A stretch of 64,000 nucleotides of DNA. Origin: Eledone cirrhosa. Taxonomy: Eukaryota. A model generated the notes under the pieces. That model made no database searches. It was not told the origin of the DNA and saw nothing but the letters and a program-made list of their open reading frames with translations. This document shows, in pieces, positions 57,833 to 64,000 of the stretch (position 1 is its first letter; the number at the start of each line of letters is the position of its first letter). The translations under genes were made by a program, and so were the position numbers. The stretch spans positions 13,206,001 through 13,270,000 of the forward strand of contig OZ024753.1 of the NCBI GenBank assembly GCA_964016885.1, given 5' to 3'.

Positions 57833-60800
57833 ATTCTATCCCACATTCTAACCACTCTGCCATTCTATCCCACATTCTAACTACTCTGCCATTCTATCCC
57901 ACATTCTAACCACTCTGCCATTCTACACCACATTCTAACCACTCTGCCATTCTATCCCACATTCTAACTACTCTGCCATTCTACACCACATTCTAACCAC
58001 TCTGCCATTCTACACCACATTCTAACCACTCTGCCATTCTATCCGACATTCTAACCACTCTGCCACTCTATCCCACATTCTAACCACTCTGCCATTCTAC
58101 ACCACATTCTAACCACTCTGCCACTCTATCCCACATTCTAACCACTCTGCCATTCTACACCACATTCTAACCACTCTGCCATTCTATCCCACATTCTAAC
58201 CACTCTGCCATTCTACACCACATTCTAACTACTCTGCCATTCTATCCCACATTCTAACCACTCTGCCATTCTACACCACATTCTAACCACTCTGCCATTC
58301 TACACCACATTCTAACCACTCTGCCATTCTATCCCACATTCTAACCACTCTGCCACTCTATCCCACATTCTAACCACTCTGCCATTCTATCCCACATTCT
58401 AACTACTCTGCCATTCTATCCCACATTCTAACCACTCTGCCATTCTATCCCACATTCTAACCACTCTGCCATTCTACACCACATTCTAACCACTCTGCCA
58501 TTCTACACCACATTCTAACCACTCTGCCATTCTATCCCACATTCTAACCACTCTGCCATTCTATCCCACATTCTAACTACTCTGCCATTCTATCCCACAT
58601 TCTAACTACTCTGCCATTCTATCCCACATTCTAACCACTCTGCCATTCTACACCACATTCTAACCACTCTGCCATTCTATCCCACATTCTAACTACTCTG
58701 CCATTCTATCCCACATTCTAACTACTCTGCCATTCTATCCCACATTCTAACTACTCTGCCATTCTATCCCACATTCTAACCACTCTGCCATTCTATCCCA
58801 CATTCTAACCACTCTGCCATTCTATCCCACATTCTAACTACTCTGCCATTCTATCCCACATTCTAACCACTCTGCCATTCTATCCCACATTCTAACCACT
58901 CTGCCATTCTATCCCACATTCTAACTACTCTGCCATTCTATCCCACATTCTAACCACTCTGCCATTCTATCCCACATTCTAACTACTCTGCCATTCTATC
59001 CCACATTCTAACCACTCTGCCATTCTACACCACATTCTAACCACTCTGCCATTCTATCCCACATTCTAACTACTCTGCCATTCTATCCCACATTCTAACC
59101 ACTCTGCCATTCTACACCACATTCTAACCACTCTGCCACTCTATCCCACATTCTAACTACTCTGCCATTCTATCCCACATTCTAACCACTCTGCCATTCT
59201 ATCCCACATTCTAACCACTCTGCCATTCTACACCACATTCTAACCACTCTGCCATTCTACACCACATTCTAACCACTCTGCCATTCTACACCACATTCTA
59301 ACCACTCTGCCACTCTATCCCACATTCTAACCACTCTGCCATTCTACACCACATTCTAATCACTCTGCCATTCTATCCCACATTCTAACTACACTGCCAT
59401 TCTATCCCACATTCTAACCACTCTGCCATTCTATCCCACATTCTAACCACTCTGCCATTCTATCCCACATTCTAACCACTCTGCCATTCTACACCACATT
59501 CTAACCACTCTGCCATTCTACACCACATTCTAACCACTCTGCCATTCTACACCACATTCTAACCACTCTGCCATTCTATCCCACATTCTAACCACTCTGC
59601 CACTCTATCCCACATTCTAACCACTCTGCCATTCTACACCACATTCTAACCACTCTGCCATTCTATCCCACATTCTAACCACTCTGCCATTCTATCCCAC
59701 ATTCTAACCACTCTGCCATTCTATCCCACATTCTAACCACTCTGCCATTCTACACCACATTCTAACCACTCTGCCATTCTATCCCACATTCTAACCACTC
59801 TGCCATTCTATCCCACATTCTAACTACACTGCCATTCTATCCCACATTCTAACCACTCTGCCATTCTATCCCACATTCTAACCACTCTGCCATTCTACAC
59901 CACATTCTAACCACTCTGCCATTCTACACCACATTCTAACCACTCTGCCATTCTACACCACATTCTAACCACTCTGCCATTCTATCCCACATTCTAACCA
60001 CTCTGCCATTCTATCCCACATTCTAACCACTCTGCCATTCTACACCACATTCTAACCACTCTGCCATTCTATCCCACATTCTAACCACTCTGCCATTCTA
60101 TCCCACATTCTAACCACTCTGCCATTCTATCCCACATTCTAACCACTCTGCCATTCTACACCACATTCTAACCACTCTGCCATTCTACACCACATTCTAA
60201 CCACTCTGCCATTCTACACCACATTCTAACCACTCTGCCATTCTACACCACATTCTAACCACTCTGCCACTCTATCTCACATTCTAACCACTCTGCCATT
60301 CTACACCACATTCTAACCACTCTGCCATTCTACACCACATTCTAACCACTCTGCCACTCTATCCCACATTCTAACCACTCTGCCATTCTACACCACATTC
60401 TAACCACTCTGCCATTCTACACCACATTCTAACCACTCTGCCATTCTATCCCACATTCTAACCACTCTGCCATTCTATCCCACATTCTAACCACTCTGCC
60501 ATTCTACACCACATTCTAACCACTCTGCCATTCTATCCCACATTCTAACCACTCTGCCATTCTACACCACATTCTAACCACTCTGCCATTCTATCCCACA
60601 TTCTAACCACTCTGCCATTCTACACCACATTCTAACCACTCTGCCATTCTATCCCACATTCTAACCACTCTGCCATTCTACACCACATTCTAACCACTCT
60701 GCCATTCTACACCACATTCTAACCACTCTGCCATTCTATCCCACATTCTAACCACTCTGCCACTGTATCCCACATTCTAACCACTCTGCCATTCTATCCC

Positions 60801-63800
60801 ACATTCTAACCACTCTGCCATTCTACACCACATTCTAACCACTCTGCCATTCTATCCCACATTCTAACCACTCTGCCATTCTACACCACATTCTAACCAC
60901 TCTGCCACTCTATCCCACATTCTAACCACTCTGCCATTCTATCCCACATTCTAACCACTCTGCCACTCTATCCCACATTCTAACCACTCTGCCATTCTAC
61001 ACCACATTCTAACCACTCTGCCACTCTATCCCACATTCTAACCACTCTGCCATTCTACACCACATTCTAACCACTCTGCCATTCTACACCACATTCTAAC
61101 CACTCTGCCATTCTATCCCACATTCTAACCACTCTGCCACTCTATCCCACATTCTAACCACTCTGCCATTCTACACCACATTCTAACCACTCTGCCATTC
61201 TACACCACATTCTAACCACTCTGCCATTCTACACCACATTCTAACCACTCTGCCATTCTACACCACATTCTAACCACTCTGCCACTCTATCCCACATTCT
61301 AACCACTCTGCCATTCTACACCACATTCTAACCACTCTGCCATTCTACACCACATTCTAACCACTCTGCCATTCTACACCACATTCTAACCACTCTGCCA
61401 CTCTATCCCACATTCTAACCACTCTGCCATTCTACACCACATTCTAACCACTCTGCCATTCTATCCCTCATTCTAACCACTCTGCCATTCTACACCACAT
61501 TCTAACCACTCTGCCATTCTACACCACATTCTAACCACTCTGCCACTCTATCCCACATTCTAACCACTCTGCCATTCTACACCACATTCTAACCACTCTG
61601 CCATTCTATCCCACATTCTAACCACTCTGCCATTCTACACCACATTCTAACCACTCTGCCATTCTACACCACATTCTAACCACTCTGCCACTCTATCCCA
61701 CATTCTAACCACTCTGCCATTCTACACCACATTCTAACCACTCTGCCATTCTACACCACATTCTAACCACTCTGCCATTCTATCCCTCATTCTAACCACT
61801 CTGCCATTCTACACCACATTCTAACCACTCTGCCATTCTACACCACATTCTAACCACTCTGCCACTCTATCCCACATTCTAACCACTCTGCCATTCTACA
61901 CCACATTCTAACCACTCTGCCATTCTATCCCACATTCTAACCACTCTGCCATTCTACACCACATTCTAACCACTCTGCCATTCTACACCACATTCTAACC
62001 ACTCTGCCACTCTATCCCACATTCTAACCACTCTGCCATTCTACACCACATTCTAACCACTCTGCCATTCTACACCACATTCTAACCACTCTGCCATTCT
62101 ATCCCACATTCTAACTACTCTGCCATTCTATCCCACATTCTAACCACTCTGCCATTCTACACCACATTCTAACCACTCTGCCATTCTACACCACATTCTA
62201 ACCACTCTGCCATTCTATCCCACATTCTAACCACTCTGCCACTCTATCCCACATTCTAACCACTCTGCCATTCTACACCACATTCTAACCACTCTGCCAC
62301 TTCTATCCCACATTCTAACCACTCTGCCATTCTATCCCACATTCTAACCACTCTGCCATTCTACACCACATTCTAACCACTCTGCCACTCTATCCCACAT
62401 TCTAACCACTCTGCCATTCTACACCACATTCTAACCACTCTGCCATTCTACACCACATTCTAACCACTCTGCCACTCTATCCCACATTCTAACCACTCTG
62501 CCATTCTACACCACATTCTAACCACTCTGCCATTCTATCCCACATTCTAACCACTCCGCCATTCTACACCACATTCTAACCACTCTGCCATTCTACACCA
62601 CATTCTAACCACTCTGCCACTCTATCCCACATTCTAACCACTCTGCCATTCTACACCACATTCTAACCACTCTGCCATTCTATCCCACATTCTAACCACT
62701 CTGCCATTCTACACCACATTCTAACCACTCTGCCATTCTATCCCACATTCTAACCACTCTGCCATTCTACACCACATTCTAACCACTCTGCCACTCTATC
62801 CCACATTCTAACCACTCTGCCATTCTACACCACATTCTAACCACTCTGCCATTCTATCCCACATTCTAACCACTCTGCCATTCTACACCACATTCTAACC
62901 ACTCTGCCATTCTACACCACATTCTAACCACTCTGCCACTCTATCCCACATTCTAACCACTCTGCCATTCTACACCACATTCTAACCACTCTGCCATTCT
63001 ACACCACATTCTAACCACTCTGCCATTCTATCCCACATTCTAACCACTCTGCCATTCTACACCACATTCTAACCACTCTGCCATTCTACACCACATTCTA
63101 ACCACTCTGCCATTCTATCCCACATTCTAACTACTCTGCCATTCTATCCCACATTCTAACCACTCTGCCACTCTATCCCACATTCTAACCACTCTGTCAT
63201 TCTACACCACATTCTAACCACTCTGCCACTCTATCCCACATTCTAACCACTCTGCCATTCTACACCACATTCTAACCACTCTGCCATTCTACACCACATT
63301 CTAACCACTCTGCCACTCTATCCCACATTCTAACCACTCTGCCATTCTACACCACATTCTAACCACTCTGCCACTCTATCCCACATTCTAACCACTCTGC
63401 CATTCTACACCACATTCTAACCACTCTGCCATTCTATCCCACATTCTAACCACTCTGCCATTCTATCCCACATTCTAACCACTCTGCCATTCTACACCAC
63501 ATTCTAACCACTCTGCCATTCTACACCACATTCTAACCACTCTGCCACTCTATCCCACATTCTAACCACTCTGCCATTCTATCCCACATTCTAACCACTC
63601 TGCCATTCTACACCACATTCTAACCACTCTGCCATTCTATCCCACATTCTAACCACTCTGCCACTCTATCCCACATTCTAACCACTCTGCCATTCTATCC
63701 CACATTCTAACCACTCTGCCATTCTATCCCACATTCTAACCACTCTGCCATTCTATCCCACATTCTAACCACTCTGCCATTCTACACCACATTCTAACCA

Positions 63801-64000
63801 CTCTGCCATTCTACACCACATTCTAACCACTCTGCCATTCTATCCCACATTCTAACCACTCTGCCATTCTATCCCACATTCTAACCACTCTGCCACTCTA
63901 TCCCACATTCTAACCACTCTGCCATTCTATCCCACATTCTAACCACTCTGCCATTCTATCCCACATTCTAACCACTCTGCCACTCTATCCCACATTCTAA
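57803..64000. repeat. 29-bp tandem satellite, >210 units, runs off the window end
   Basis: Unit cattctatcccacattctaaccactctgc with variants tc/ca, aacc/aact, catt/cact. Confidence 0.97.

Noticed and set aside
57803-64000. Telomeric repeat or CRISPR array
   Set aside because: 29-bp head-to-tail unit traceable to a SINE head; not (TTAGGG)n and no spacers.

Overview
A eukaryotic, very AT- and microsatellite-rich window. The repeat landscape (tRNA-SINEs, RTE/CR1/R4 LINE relics, Penelope-like elements, huge (TA)n tracts) resembles an octopod cephalopod genome; that assignment is inference. Main content: (1) A ~14-16 kb segmental duplication (copy A ~4.06-20.56 kb, copy B ~39.3-53.5 kb). Each copy carries an intact 327-codon exon encoding six TM helices of a gustatory-receptor-like (GRL/7TM ion channel) protein, followed directly by a vestigial second TM6 and splice donor from a diverged paralog. 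(2) A cluster of Penelope-like retroelements (PLEs) inserted in (TA)n tracts. It includes one intact 1210-aa RT+GIY-YIG element with an Asn-rich insert and a 1.46 kb inverted pseudo-LTR, a truncated sister family with the same architecture, and two Hydra-type remnants. (3) About nine hammerhead ribozyme motifs, intact or degenerate. (4) Several tandem arrays born from retroelement sub-sequences, the largest a >6 kb 29-bp satellite made of a SINE Pol III A-box. Most listed ORFs are microsatellite artefacts. All calls are from reading the sequence by eye; no searches were run.
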